Part shown: positions 48,751-57,932 of the stretch, piece after piece
How positions within the stretch are numbered: the stretch's first letter is position 1
How the letters are laid out: each line of letters begins with the position of its first letter
DNA from: a virus
Taxonomy: Duplodnaviria; Caudoviricetes
Reading direction: 5' to 3' (one strand)
Virus record (IMG/VR): IMGVR_UViG_3300021431_000075
Coordinates: 192,001 to 256,000 of that record
DNA length: 64,000 bases
Program-made: the position numbers and the translations under genes
Notes under the pieces: generated by a model
The model's database searches: none
What the model was told of the DNA's origin: nothing
Seen by the model: only the letters and a program-made list of their open reading frames with translations

Positions 48751-49305
48751 ATGAGACACAGAACCACAAACCGTTCGGTATACGAAGACATACTGAAGGA
48801 TGTCAGGAAGATTGTCCGCAGACACCTGAACGAGATAAACATAATGGGAGTCGAGGTTGACTCCGCAATCCAGGGAAAGATGAGCGACCTTGACGACATA
48901 GACAAGGAGGTTCCGTTCAAGGACAGGAAGATAACCGAGACCGTGCAGGGAATCTACAAGAAGATGTTCCTCGGCAAGTACGCGTACTTCATGAAGCAGA
49001 ACAAGATGCAGGACACGATAGAGTGGTCGTACAAGATGAACAGCGCATGCACCGACGGGTTCGAGGGAAGGCTGGTCATGAATCCGGAATTCGCGACGTT
49101 CATATACGAGAACACCGGAGAACTCGGAATCCAGTTCATCATCCTGCACGAGACGATGCACAACTACTACAACAACGTGAGGCACGCGCAGAAGGTGGAC
49201 TCTGTCGCAGCGAACATATCCGTGGACAGGAGAATCAACGGGGAAATCATCAGCAGGTGGCCGGAGTTCAAGGAGATTCCGGAGAAGATTGGCGCGCTGC
49301 TGTGA
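48751..49305 (+). CDS. HEXXH metallopeptidase-like protein (DUF2201-like)
   Basis: SACTDG, NPEF, ILHETMH, ANISVDRRIN; start assigned to MRHRT. Confidence 0.75.
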   Translation: MRHRTTNRSVYEDILKDVRKIVRRHLNEINIMGVEVDSAIQGKMSDLDDIDKEVPFKDRKITETVQGIYKKMFLGKYAYFMKQNKMQDTIEWSYKMNSACTDGFEGRLVMNPEFATFIYENTGELGIQFIILHETMHNYYNNVRHAQKVDSVAANISVDRRINGEIISRWPEFKEIPEKIGALL

Positions 49306-49334
49306 TTAAGACAGACAAGACATATATTCAAGTA

Positions 49335-49385
49335 GCAGCATATGCACAGGTTTCATAAAGCCGAGCATATGCTGCCTTATTTTAT
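49335..49385 (+). terminator. Intrinsic terminator
   Basis: GCAGCATATGC / GCATATGCTGC stem followed by a T-rich tail. Confidence 0.7.
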
Positions 49386-49548
49386 TATGTACAGGTACAT
49401 TATTTGTTATCATATATTGAAAATTATATAAAATATATGATTGTTTAACATCATTTAACAAGTAATATTACAATCCTGATTTCTTTTATTGCTATATTTG
49501 CATCATGTTTTTAAATCAAAACAATATGAACAGTTGCTATGACATAAT

Positions 49549-49648
49549 AAAAAAGAAAGAATCGCTCAATGAACGACTCTCTCTAATGCGAAAACGCAAC
49601 GGTAAAATTCGTAAAGAATAAACCTTATTGCGAATCACTTGCATACAT
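49549..49648 (-). ncRNA. tracrRNA
   Basis: 5' anti-repeat AUGUAUGCAAGUGAUUCGCAAU complementary to the CRISPR repeats, then AAGG nexus, hairpins and terminator plus U6. Promoter TACCTTTGCA (rc 49651-49660) with TTTG ~20 bp upstream. Confidence 0.88.
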
Positions 49649-49728
49649 GGTGCAAAGGTAAGCATATTGTTCGGTTCATGCAAATATAATTACAAGAATA
49701 TTTCATTCATTAATAATTTTTAACAAAA

Positions 49729-52700
49729 ATGAAAAAAATCATCGGTCTTGACCTCGGCACGACGACTGTCGGATGGTCTTATCTGAAAGTGCCGGAGAAT
49801 GAAAATGAAACACTGGAAGTCGTCGACTCTGATCCCAGAATCATACCGACAGCGTTGAACAAGACGGAATTCGACGCATACCAGCAAGGAAACGCTGTTA
49901 CGATAAACGCAGACAGACGGAAGTATAGAAGTTCAAGAACTGTCAAGAAAAGATACAAGGAACGCAGGAGAGACCTGACAAACCTGTGCATATCATGCGG
50001 CTTCATAAAAGACAAATCCGAACTCACATCATGCGAGTCTACGAAATTCTTCCAGACACTGAAAGTAAGAGCTGCTGCTGTTACAGAGCAAGTTTCCCTT
50101 CAGGACCTTGCTCGTATTCTTGTCCAGATAAACAAGAAGCGTGGATACAAAAGCAGCAGGAAACTGAACAAGGCTGACACTGAATCGACCGGAAGCGTCG
50201 ATGTTGCCATGAAAATCCGAACCAGCGGGATGACTCCGTCGCAATACACGTACAGCAGGATGCAGTCAGGCAACTTTGCCGTTCCGTCATACTTCAAGTC
50301 GGATTTGGTGAACGAGCTTGATAGAATATGGAACTTCCAGAAAAGGTTCTATCCGGATATTCTGACAGACGAGTTGTGGAAAGAGATGGATGGGAAGAAG
50401 CAGAGGGATACGATTTCAATTTTTAAGAAACATGGCATCATGCAGGACGACTGCAAGGAAGCAAGCGCGAATGAGAAAAAAATGAATATCGCGAAATGGG
50501 GTGTTGATGCCATTAGCGAACAGATTCCGCTATCCAGACTTGCGACAGTCATCGCAGTCCTGAAAGGCAAGATAGGCGCGACAAGCGAGATGCTTGACAC
50601 TCTTGGCGATCACACAATAATCCTCACAATCAACAACTGGTCTATCGGACAGTACTTGATGGACATCGTCAAGAAAAACAGCAATGCGAGAATCAGCAAC
50701 ATCAGGTTCTATAGAAACGACTACGACAATGAGTTCAGCATGATATGGAACAAGCAGGCTGAATTCTATCCGGAACTGACCGATGAGCTAAAGAAGAAGT
50801 TCCATGACATCATATTCTTCCAGAGACCCCGTCCGAGCATGAAGTACCTTGTCAACTACTGCGAGCTTGAGAGCAAAGAAATCGAGGTCGTCAAGAACGG
50901 AAAGAAGATAAAGGTAACTACTGGGAGCAAGGTCTGTCCGAAATCATCGCCGCTGTTCCAAGAATTCAGATTGTGGCAGACGTTGAACAACATACAGGTG
51001 AAGGATACCAAGACGAAAGATTCCAGACGGCTTTCTGTCGATGAGATGAACATCCTTGCATCCGAACTTGAGACCAGAGAGAAACTGGACAAGAGCGAAA
51101 TACTCAAGATTCTGGATATAAACCAGAACGACTTCGATATCAACTACAAGAAGATACCCGGAAACAAGACACAGACCGCGCTGCTCAACGCATACTTATC
51201 CGTAATAGAGTCTATGGGGAACGAACCATTTGATGTTGAAAATGCAAGCGGTTCACAACTGATGGACTATGTCAAGAACTCGTTTGAAAAGAACGGATTC
51301 AACGCAAGCGTCCTACACTTCAACTCCGACACGAACGACATCTCGAAAGACAGCATGTACATGCTATGGCATCTTCTGTATTCATATGCAGGAGACAACT
51401 CCAGACTCGGTTTTGAATCGCTCATCACGAAAGTAAGGGAGATGCTCAACTTAAACAACGATGACCAAGCAAAGGCTGTCGTGGGAGTGATGCTCGAAGA
51501 AGACTACGGAAACCTAAGCGCGAAAGCGATGAAGAAGATTCTTCCGTTCATGAAGAAAGGGCTTGAATACGACAAAGCTTGCGAGCAAGCCGGATACAAT
51601 TTCTCGAAAACATCAATCCGGAAGTCGGAATACAGCAATCAGGTTTTGCTTGAACATCTTGAACTGCTGCGAAAGAACAGTCTCCGCAATCCGATAGCCG
51701 AGAAAATCATCAACCAGATGATCAATGTCGTGAACATGCTGATTGACAAGTACGGAAAGCCGGACGGTTTCTGCGTAGAGCTTGCACGCGAACTGAAGAA
51801 CAGCATAAAGCGCAGAAAGGAAATATACGAACAGAACCAGAAAGCCGAAGAATACAACAACAAAATCAAAGATATTATATCAAAGCCTCCGTTCAACTGC
51901 CCATATCCGTCGGAACAGAAGAACATCGACAGATACAAGTTGTACGAAGAACTTGAGCCGAACGGGTTCCGAACTCTGTACTCAGGAACCCTGATAAAGC
52001 CGGAAGAACTGTTTTCCAATAAGTTCAATAGGGAGCATATCATCCCACAGGCAAGGACGACAGACAACAGCCTGTCCAACTTGACACTTGAACTTGAGAC
52101 ATCAAACAGCGACAAAAGCAGCATGACTGCATATGACTATGTCCGGTCAATCGGCAAGACAGAAGAGTATGAGCAAAACGTGAAACGGATATTCGAGAAC
52201 TATTCTCCGGCATTGCTTAAGAAGCGCGGGCTTCCTGAAAACTACGGAAAGACGAAGGCGAAGAACCTCATGACAACATCAGAAGAGATACCGTCCGGAT
52301 TCATCGAGAGAGACCTCAAGCTCACCCAGTTCATCACGAAGAAATGCGCGGAGATTCTTCAGCAACTTGTCGGCATAGAGAACGTAAGGTTCACGACAGG
52401 ACAGGTGACGTCGCAGCTTCGGGAAGACTGGGGTCTCAACGATATGATGAAGGAACTGAACATGGAAAGGCTTGAGGCTTCCGGAAACGTGTATGAAGTG
52501 ACATACGCGAACGGGAACACAGTGAAGAAAGTGAACAACTTCACGAAGCGCAACGATCACCGGAACCATGCCCTTGATGCAATCATCATTGCATGCACTA
52601 CACAAGAGCATATCGTATACATGAACAACAAGAGTTCAAAAGGCAAGAAGAACGGGCAGATATACAAAATCATCAAAACGAAAATGCATAGGGATGGCGA

Positions 52701-54066
52701 GGGAAAACTGCGGTTCAACCCTCCGGTTCCATATGATGTTTTCCATTCCGTTGTCAAGAACGCGATGGAGAATATGATTGTATCCCACAACAAGAAACTG
52801 TCTCCAGTGACTACCGGCAAGAGCGTATCCAAAGACGGAACCGTTACAAAGAACGTAGTTCCGCGCGGTCCGCTCCATGACGACACGTTGTACGGTCAAA
52901 GAACCGTGAACTCGATAAGGTATGTCATGGTCTCTGAAGGCAAGGACGGTTTGTCAAACAGCATCATCGACTGTATAGCGAACCAGTCATACAGAGACGC
53001 AGTCAAGCAAAGGCTTGCGGATTACTCTACGTTGAAGAAGGCGTTCGGAAAAGACAACAACGTCATCGACAATCCGATATGGCTGGACAAGATTCACTCT
53101 GCAAAAGTTCCGCCGTTCGTGAAGATAGTCGAGACAGAAAAGATATTCACCATCAGAAAGAAGCTGGATAAAAAGGATATGTTCAAACTGCACACGTTCA
53201 AAATCAACGGCACTGAACTGGTAGAAGGCAAAAGCAAGAAACACATCAGCGACGCGTTCTGTGAGCCATATGCGAGCCATATCAAGTGCTTGATGCTATC
53301 AGGAACATGCAAGACTCTCAAATGCGCCATAGAAAGAAGCGGAGCCGACTTCATCCACTGGATAGACGAAGACACGTTCATATCATTCAAGTCCGTAAGA
53401 GAACTTGTTATTGACAAGGCATGCGCGGATGCAATCATCAGAAGGATTGTAGATAGCAAATGTGACTTGAAAGCAGCATTCGAGAACATAGACAATAATC
53501 CGATATGGATTGATGACAAGCACACGAGATTCGTAAGCAGAGTGACTATGAAAGCATTCATCACAGACAACAGCTCTGTTCAAATACGGAACGGAAAAAC
53601 CAGCGTGAAAACGAACAACAACCATACTGCCGCTTTGTATATGAAACCGAACGGAACTGTAGAGATGGTCGTGGTATCTTTCTTTGATTCTGTCAACAAG
53701 TCCGTGTGCAGGAAGCCTGTCATAGACAAGGAGTTCAACAAGGAACTCGGATGGAAGTTCATCATGTCATTCGTGAAGAACGATATACTCATTCTCAAGA
53801 ATGACGAGACCGGATTCGACCCGAAAAAGATAGACTTGACCGACAGAAGCAACAACTCTTTGATTGCTCCGAATGCATATAGAGTCCAGAAGTTTTCGGA
53901 TGACATGTGCATGCTAAGGCATATCAATGATACTACAACCGAAATCGGTCCTGCTGGAAACTTCAAGTCATTATACGGAAAGAAAAATCTGAGGATTTTA
54001 GCAGATGCGGTGAAAGTCAAGGTCGATAGCATCGGACACATTTGTTTAGAAACTGATTGCATGTAA
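49729..54066 (+). CDS. cas9: Type II-C Cas9 (Bacteroidota-type)
   Basis: RuvC-I GLDLGT, Arg-rich bridge helix, KKRGYKSSRK, RuvC-II VELAREL, HNH EHIIPQ..DNSLSN..N, RuvC-III NHALDA. Confidence 0.97.
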   Translation: MKKIIGLDLGTTTVGWSYLKVPENENETLEVVDSDPRIIPTALNKTEFDAYQQGNAVTINADRRKYRSSRTVKKRYKERRRDLTNLCISCGFIKDKSELTSCESTKFFQTLKVRAAAVTEQVSLQDLARILVQINKKRGYKSSRKLNKADTESTGSVDVAMKIRTSGMTPSQYTYSRMQSGNFAVPSYFKSDLVNELDRIWNFQKRFYPDILTDELWKEMDGKKQRDTISIFKKHGIMQDDCKEASANEKKMNIAKWGVDAISEQIPLSRLATVIAVLKGKIGATSEMLDTLGDHTIILTINNWSIGQYLMDIVKKNSNARISNIRFYRNDYDNEFSMIWNKQAEFYPELTDELKKKFHDIIFFQRPRPSMKYLVNYCELESKEIEVVKNGKKIKVTTGSKVCPKSSPLFQEFRLWQTLNNIQVKDTKTKDSRRLSVDEMNILASELETREKLDKSEILKILDINQNDFDINYKKIPGNKTQTALLNAYLSVIESMGNEPFDVENASGSQLMDYVKNSFEKNGFNASVLHFNSDTNDISKDSMYMLWHLLYSYAGDNSRLGFESLITKVREMLNLNNDDQAKAVVGVMLEEDYGNLSAKAMKKILPFMKKGLEYDKACEQAGYNFSKTSIRKSEYSNQVLLEHLELLRKNSLRNPIAEKIINQMINVVNMLIDKYGKPDGFCVELARELKNSIKRRKEIYEQNQKAEEYNNKIKDIISKPPFNCPYPSEQKNIDRYKLYEELEPNGFRTLYSGTLIKPEELFSNKFNREHIIPQARTTDNSLSNLTLELETSNSDKSSMTAYDYVRSIGKTEEYEQNVKRIFENYSPALLKKRGLPENYGKTKAKNLMTTSEEIPSGFIERDLKLTQFITKKCAEILQQLVGIENVRFTTGQVTSQLREDWGLNDMMKELNMERLEASGNVYEVTYANGNTVKKVNNFTKRNDHRNHALDAIIIACTTQEHIVYMNNKSSKGKKNGQIYKIIKTKMHRDGEGKLRFNPPVPYDVFHSVVKNAMENMIVSHNKKLSPVTTGKSVSKDGTVTKNVVPRGPLHDDTLYGQRTVNSIRYVMVSEGKDGLSNSIIDCIANQSYRDAVKQRLADYSTLKKAFGKDNNVIDNPIWLDKIHSAKVPPFVKIVETEKIFTIRKKLDKKDMFKLHTFKINGTELVEGKSKKHISDAFCEPYASHIKCLMLSGTCKTLKCAIERSGADFIHWIDEDTFISFKSVRELVIDKACADAIIRRIVDSKCDLKAAFENIDNNPIWIDDKHTRFVSRVTMKAFITDNSSVQIRNGKTSVKTNNNHTAALYMKPNGTVEMVVVSFFDSVNKSVCRKPVIDKEFNKELGWKFIMSFVKNDILILKNDETGFDPKKIDLTDRSNNSLIAPNAYRVQKFSDDMCMLRHINDTTTEIGPAGNFKSLYGKKNLRILADAVKVKVDSIGHICLETDCM

Positions 54067-54109
54067 ATATCAAAATACGGAAGATACAAAATCAATTTCT
54101 ACTTTGTGT

Positions 54110-54715
54110 GTTGCGAACCGCTTGCATATATACATTAAACATCAAAGGATGTCATTCAGGCTGTTGCGAACCGCTTGCATACATACACATTAAACACATA
54201 AGTTCACATGGCGAAGAATACAACTTTTGTTGTGAACCGCTTCCATACATACACATTAAACACCAGCCGAGTATGAGAGGATCCTGATTATGTTGTGATT
54301 TGCTTGCATACATACACATTAAACACCCACTAACGTGCTCTCTTGCACTATGCAGTTGTGATTCACATGCATACATACACATTAAACACCGGCATCGTTC
54401 TTCACTTTTATACACGTTGTGTTTCACTTGCATACAGATACATAAAACACCAGCGGAGAAACTTTCCTCATCAAGTTCTACGTTGTGTTTCACTTGCATA
54501 CAGATACATAAAACACCTTAATGCATCTTGGAGCAAAATAAACTCGAGTTGTGTTTCACTTGCATACAGATACATAAAACACCTTCATCCGGGTCTGTAG
54601 TCGTAGCCCAATTGTTGTGTTTCACTTGCATACAGATACATAAAACACCATAGCCTTGTTCCTGAAAATGCGCTGCAAGGTTGTGTTTCGCTTGCATACA
54701 GATACATAAAACACC
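54110..54715 (+). CRISPR. CRISPR array, 10 repeats / 9 spacers, 36-bp repeat GTTGTGTTTCACTTGCATACAGATACATAAAACACC
   Basis: Repeats start at 54110, 54163, 54229, 54292, 54355, 54416, 54482, 54548, 54614 and 54680. Spacers are 19, 30, 27, 27, 25, 30, 30, 30 and 30 nt. Repeats degenerate toward cas9. Confidence 0.97.
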
Positions 54716-54865
54716 ACACTTCTTATAACTGTGTGGTGTTTAATATTTTATGAGCAATATTGGATTTATAAAATGATAATATATAAATATCAATTACATA
54801 AAAATTCTATTTTTTAATTTCTATTTATATACAATAAAAAGACAATACGTAAAAACACATACAAG
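54716..54865. promoter_or_regulatory. Putative CRISPR leader (AT-rich) at the cas9-distal end
   Basis: Very AT-rich and adjacent to the most uniform repeats, consistent with type II-C reverse orientation. Confidence 0.65.
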
Positions 54866-54869
54866 TGCA

Positions 54870-55160
54870 TCACAACACTTGTTTATTATTTTTCCTTATA
54901 TACTCCCGGACATCCTTCCAGAACTCCAGCAAGTCAAGCGTTCCGTTGATAGTCTCGTATGTTTCACTGTCAAGGCACATAAGCGTGTCATCAAAACTGT
55001 CGAGCCTATCCTCGCACCTGCGGATAAACGTGTCAACCTCGGCGGCTGTGTACTGCTTGGCATGGTCCCTGATGCACAGTGCATAGTCTGCCTTGACAAG
55101 CAGGAGAACCAGCAACCCGACAAAAGCCAGCACGAGAAAGAGGATTACGAAGAAGCCCAT
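54870..55160 (-). CDS. Small membrane-anchored protein
   Basis: N-terminal hydrophobic helix. Confidence 0.65.
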   Translation of the reverse strand: MGFFVILFLVLAFVGLLVLLLVKADYALCIRDHAKQYTAAEVDTFIRRCEDRLDSFDDTLMCLDSETYETINGTLDLLEFWKDVREYIRKNNKQVL

Positions 55161-55232
55161 AGCACAGATTGACGTTTATAAGTTACAATTATTATACAAC
55201 AAAAGTTCCGGATAGTTTAAAATAAGTCCAAG

Positions 55233-55306
55233 TGATCCGGACAGGATTCGAACCTGCGACCCGCAGTTTAGGAAACTGCCGCTCTATCCTGCTGAGCTAC
55301 CGGACC
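55233..55306 (-). tRNA. tRNA-Arg(CCU), CCA not encoded
   Basis: GGTCCGG acceptor stem, TAGCTCAGCAGGATAGAGC D-arm, anticodon loop TTCCTAA, GGTTCGAATCC T-loop. Confidence 0.95.
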
Positions 55307-55500
55307 GTATCATCTTGCATCATCGGAATTTCCGGACATCGGATTCTCGCATTTCGATTTTCATCTGTCGCAACAATTGAAGGTCGTCGACAGACCCCGG
55401 TTTCCGATATTCAATTATCCCCGATATTCAAATATCCGAAGCAGCGATACTCAAATATCCGGATACTGATTCTGAAGAATTAAACATAAACAAAAACATC

Positions 55501-55881
55501 TTAGTCAATGTTTACAAACAGACCATATTTGTTGGCGAATTTTTCAATCATCTCGTCTAATATCTTTCCAAATACATGATAATGAAAATGATTCGCATCA
55601 GTACTTGGCTTTGGCTTATTATCATAACTTTCATACAACAATCCACGAATCTCTTGTATTTCGCCAGCCTCTTTAACAAAATCTTCAAATATAAAGTCTT
55701 TATCGCTGAATGCATCTTTAAGGAAATAAGCAATTCCTTCAACAACTGGCAGACAGTGTATTTCTGAATACCAATACTTTGTATTATCGCTTTGCTTTTG
55801 GTTATACTCTATATCAAACAGAGTATAACCTCTGCTCTTGTTTTCTTCTCCTTTCGGAATGTAATATATCTGATATGTCAT
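55501..55881 (-). CDS. Hypothetical protein (AT-rich segment)
   Basis: Start reassigned to MTYQIY after an A-rich leader. Confidence 0.65.
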   Translation of the reverse strand: MTYQIYYIPKGEENKSRGYTLFDIEYNQKQSDNTKYWYSEIHCLPVVEGIAYFLKDAFSDKDFIFEDFVKEAGEIQEIRGLLYESYDNKPKPSTDANHFHYHVFGKILDEMIEKFANKYGLFVNID

Positions 55882-55963
55882 ATCTTTAATTTTTTTATGT
55901 TTGTGTTTCTTATTATTTCTTTTGTTCTTGCTGAATACAGTCTGACAATGAAACCTGCAATCT

Positions 55964-56356
55964 TTAAGTATCCGAAATCCGATTTCCATAAATCTTTCGG
56001 ATTTCATCACGGAGCCTTCGACACACTGTTACATTCCTGATCGTCTCGACGTTTTCCTTTCCATCAAACATGACTACTCCCGTGTATGAAGGGTAGTCGT
56101 CTCTCTTGCTGCGGTCGTTCATGTAGTGCATCGCCCTCAGGTTCTCAACCCGGTCATCGCCACCAAGCTTTTCCGGATACACGAGACCGGGAACCCAGCC
56201 GAACGGATTCGTCTTGCCGTACTTGTCCCGCATAATCAGCGCGCCGACCGGATCCAGCCTGAACATATCCGGACTCAAGCCCGCGGCTTCGCGAGCCTTG
56301 CTCCAGACCGCATCCACAGTCTCATCGGAATATCTCATATTGCTGCCGTCCATCAT
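55964..56356 (-). CDS. HNH endonuclease-like protein with degenerate active site
   Basis: D.VGA.I.RDKYG...FGW....YP..LGGDD..ENLRAMH..N..SK.DDYP; the expected DH is replaced by GL. Confidence 0.75.
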   Translation of the reverse strand: MMDGSNMRYSDETVDAVWSKAREAAGLSPDMFRLDPVGALIMRDKYGKTNPFGWVPGLVYPEKLGGDDRVENLRAMHYMNDRSKRDDYPSYTGVVMFDGKENVETIRNVTVCRRLRDEIRKIYGNRISDT

Positions 56357-56364
56357 GCGTTTTC

Positions 56365-56850
56365 TTATTCAAGTCCGAGAGCCTCGCGCCTAATTTTCTC
56401 GTATATGTAGTCATAAGCCCTGATTCTATCGGCTTCCATGATTTCGTCAAGCGTCATCCAAGCGTACTTCTCTATTTCCGGATACGTGAAGCCGTCTTCC
56501 CACTTGAAGGTGTTCGACCTGCAACTGTCCGGGTCTATGTCGTCATCCACCAGCTCTATCGAGAACACGTGGACCCTCTTGTTGTTCCGCTGCCTGACCC
56601 CGCCGTGCCACTCGTAGTCGTTCCTGTTGATGCTCGGACATCTTATGCCGGTCTCTTCCTCGAACTCCCTGCACGCTGCCCCGAACTCGGACTCGCCGTC
56701 CTCGACATGCCCCTTGGGGAAGCACCACAGTTCTCTGTCGCGGTACAGAGGTCCGCCCGGAGAGCACAGGAAGAACTGCACGTCCCCGTCCTTTCTTTTC
56801 CATACTATGATTCCAGCAGATGTTTCCATTTCGTCATCTATAAACTGCAT
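56365..56850 (-). CDS. NUDIX hydrolase
   Basis: PKGHVEDGESEFGAACREFEEETG Nudix box. Confidence 0.92.
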   Translation of the reverse strand: MQFIDDEMETSAGIIVWKRKDGDVQFFLCSPGGPLYRDRELWCFPKGHVEDGESEFGAACREFEEETGIRCPSINRNDYEWHGGVRQRNNKRVHVFSIELVDDDIDPDSCRSNTFKWEDGFTYPEIEKYAWMTLDEIMEADRIRAYDYIYEKIRREALGLE

Positions 56851-56990
56851 TTTTCAATCGCCCGGCATTGCTTCCGGACTGCAAATTTACAGATTTATTT
56901 CGTTCCGTGCAAGCATTCCGCCACATATTTTCATTTTCGGCGCCGAATGGACCGTAAGATAAATACATCAAACCATTGTTGCTCTTATAG

Positions 56991-57917
56991 ATGGTCAAAG
57001 ACAATGAAAAGATATGGAAGGACGAGCGGTACAATCCGTCAAGGGATGAAATCATCAGCATGGCCCGCGCAGCCATCACGGTCCTGTACAACAAGAACAG
57101 GAAGATTGTGACCGCATTCGACAAGATAATCGACAGCGGTGACTTCGACTCCGACGACGACTACCGGAAGCTGTTTTCCGGAATCTATACCGGAATCCAG
57201 TACTACAGGGATAAGAGTCCGCTGACCGAAATCATAGACAAGAGCGGCTTCGACCGCAAGGTCCTGTTCAGGAAGGAGATTCCGCACAAGAGCAGGAGGG
57301 CCGACGAGGAAATCATATGGAAGGTCGGATACTACATCGTGCAGATAGCGATGGCCAACCGCTCGACAAGGAGGCTGCGCCTGTTCTTCAACCTGTACGC
57401 CTCATCGAACGCGGTGGCGAAGCCGAAGAACTGGTCCCTTGCAGACGCGGAGAAGAAGTTCATAGAGCTGTTCAAGAAAGGAATCGGAAAGGTGGCTGAC
57501 AAGATAAACGGAACCGTGGAAGACAAGGCGGAATCGAGAGTCACCCTGCGCGACATCGCCGTTGACATCAATGTTCCGCAGCACTCCTACGAGACATACC
57601 TGCGCCTGTCGGACAACAATCCGGGAAACGTGAAAGAGCTGGCGAAGGTGTTCAGCGTGAACGGATACGACGATGACGATCTGGACAAGAAGAACAACAT
57701 CGTGCTCACCAAGGACTGCTCATACGCAATATCCCTCGTGACGAACGGAAACGACGCGTACATGTTCCTGTCAGGAAAGACCGGGCACTACTGGAAGGCG
57801 CTTCTTCTCGGCGGAAAGATTCCGTTCATCATGTACAACTTCACGAGAACGTTCAACGACAACCTGCAGGCACTGCTCAGGTTCCATGAGAACATATTCC
57901 CGATCAGACTAAAATAA
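56991..57917 (+). CDS. Hypothetical protein
   Basis: 308-aa ORF with consistent codon bias. Confidence 0.75.
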   Translation: MVKDNEKIWKDERYNPSRDEIISMARAAITVLYNKNRKIVTAFDKIIDSGDFDSDDDYRKLFSGIYTGIQYYRDKSPLTEIIDKSGFDRKVLFRKEIPHKSRRADEEIIWKVGYYIVQIAMANRSTRRLRLFFNLYASSNAVAKPKNWSLADAEKKFIELFKKGIGKVADKINGTVEDKAESRVTLRDIAVDINVPQHSYETYLRLSDNNPGNVKELAKVFSVNGYDDDDLDKKNNIVLTKDCSYAISLVTNGNDAYMFLSGKTGHYWKALLLGGKIPFIMYNFTRTFNDNLQALLRFHENIFPIRLK

Positions 57918-57932
57918 TCAACAGGAACTGAA

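Noticed and set aside
49729-54066. Nuclease-dead Cas9
   Set aside because: RuvC and HNH catalytic positions are present; the HH to NH change affects the first His, not the metal-binding one.
54057-54600. ORFs overlapping the CRISPR array
   Set aside because: They are translations of repeats and spacers.
54144-54679. Self-targeting spacers within this window
   Set aside because: Only short chance similarities were seen by eye. The check was not exhaustive and needs a computed alignment.
55170-55232. Theta/HDV-like ribozyme at the tRNA 3' end
   Set aside because: The downstream sequence is AT-rich with no nested double-pseudoknot pairing.
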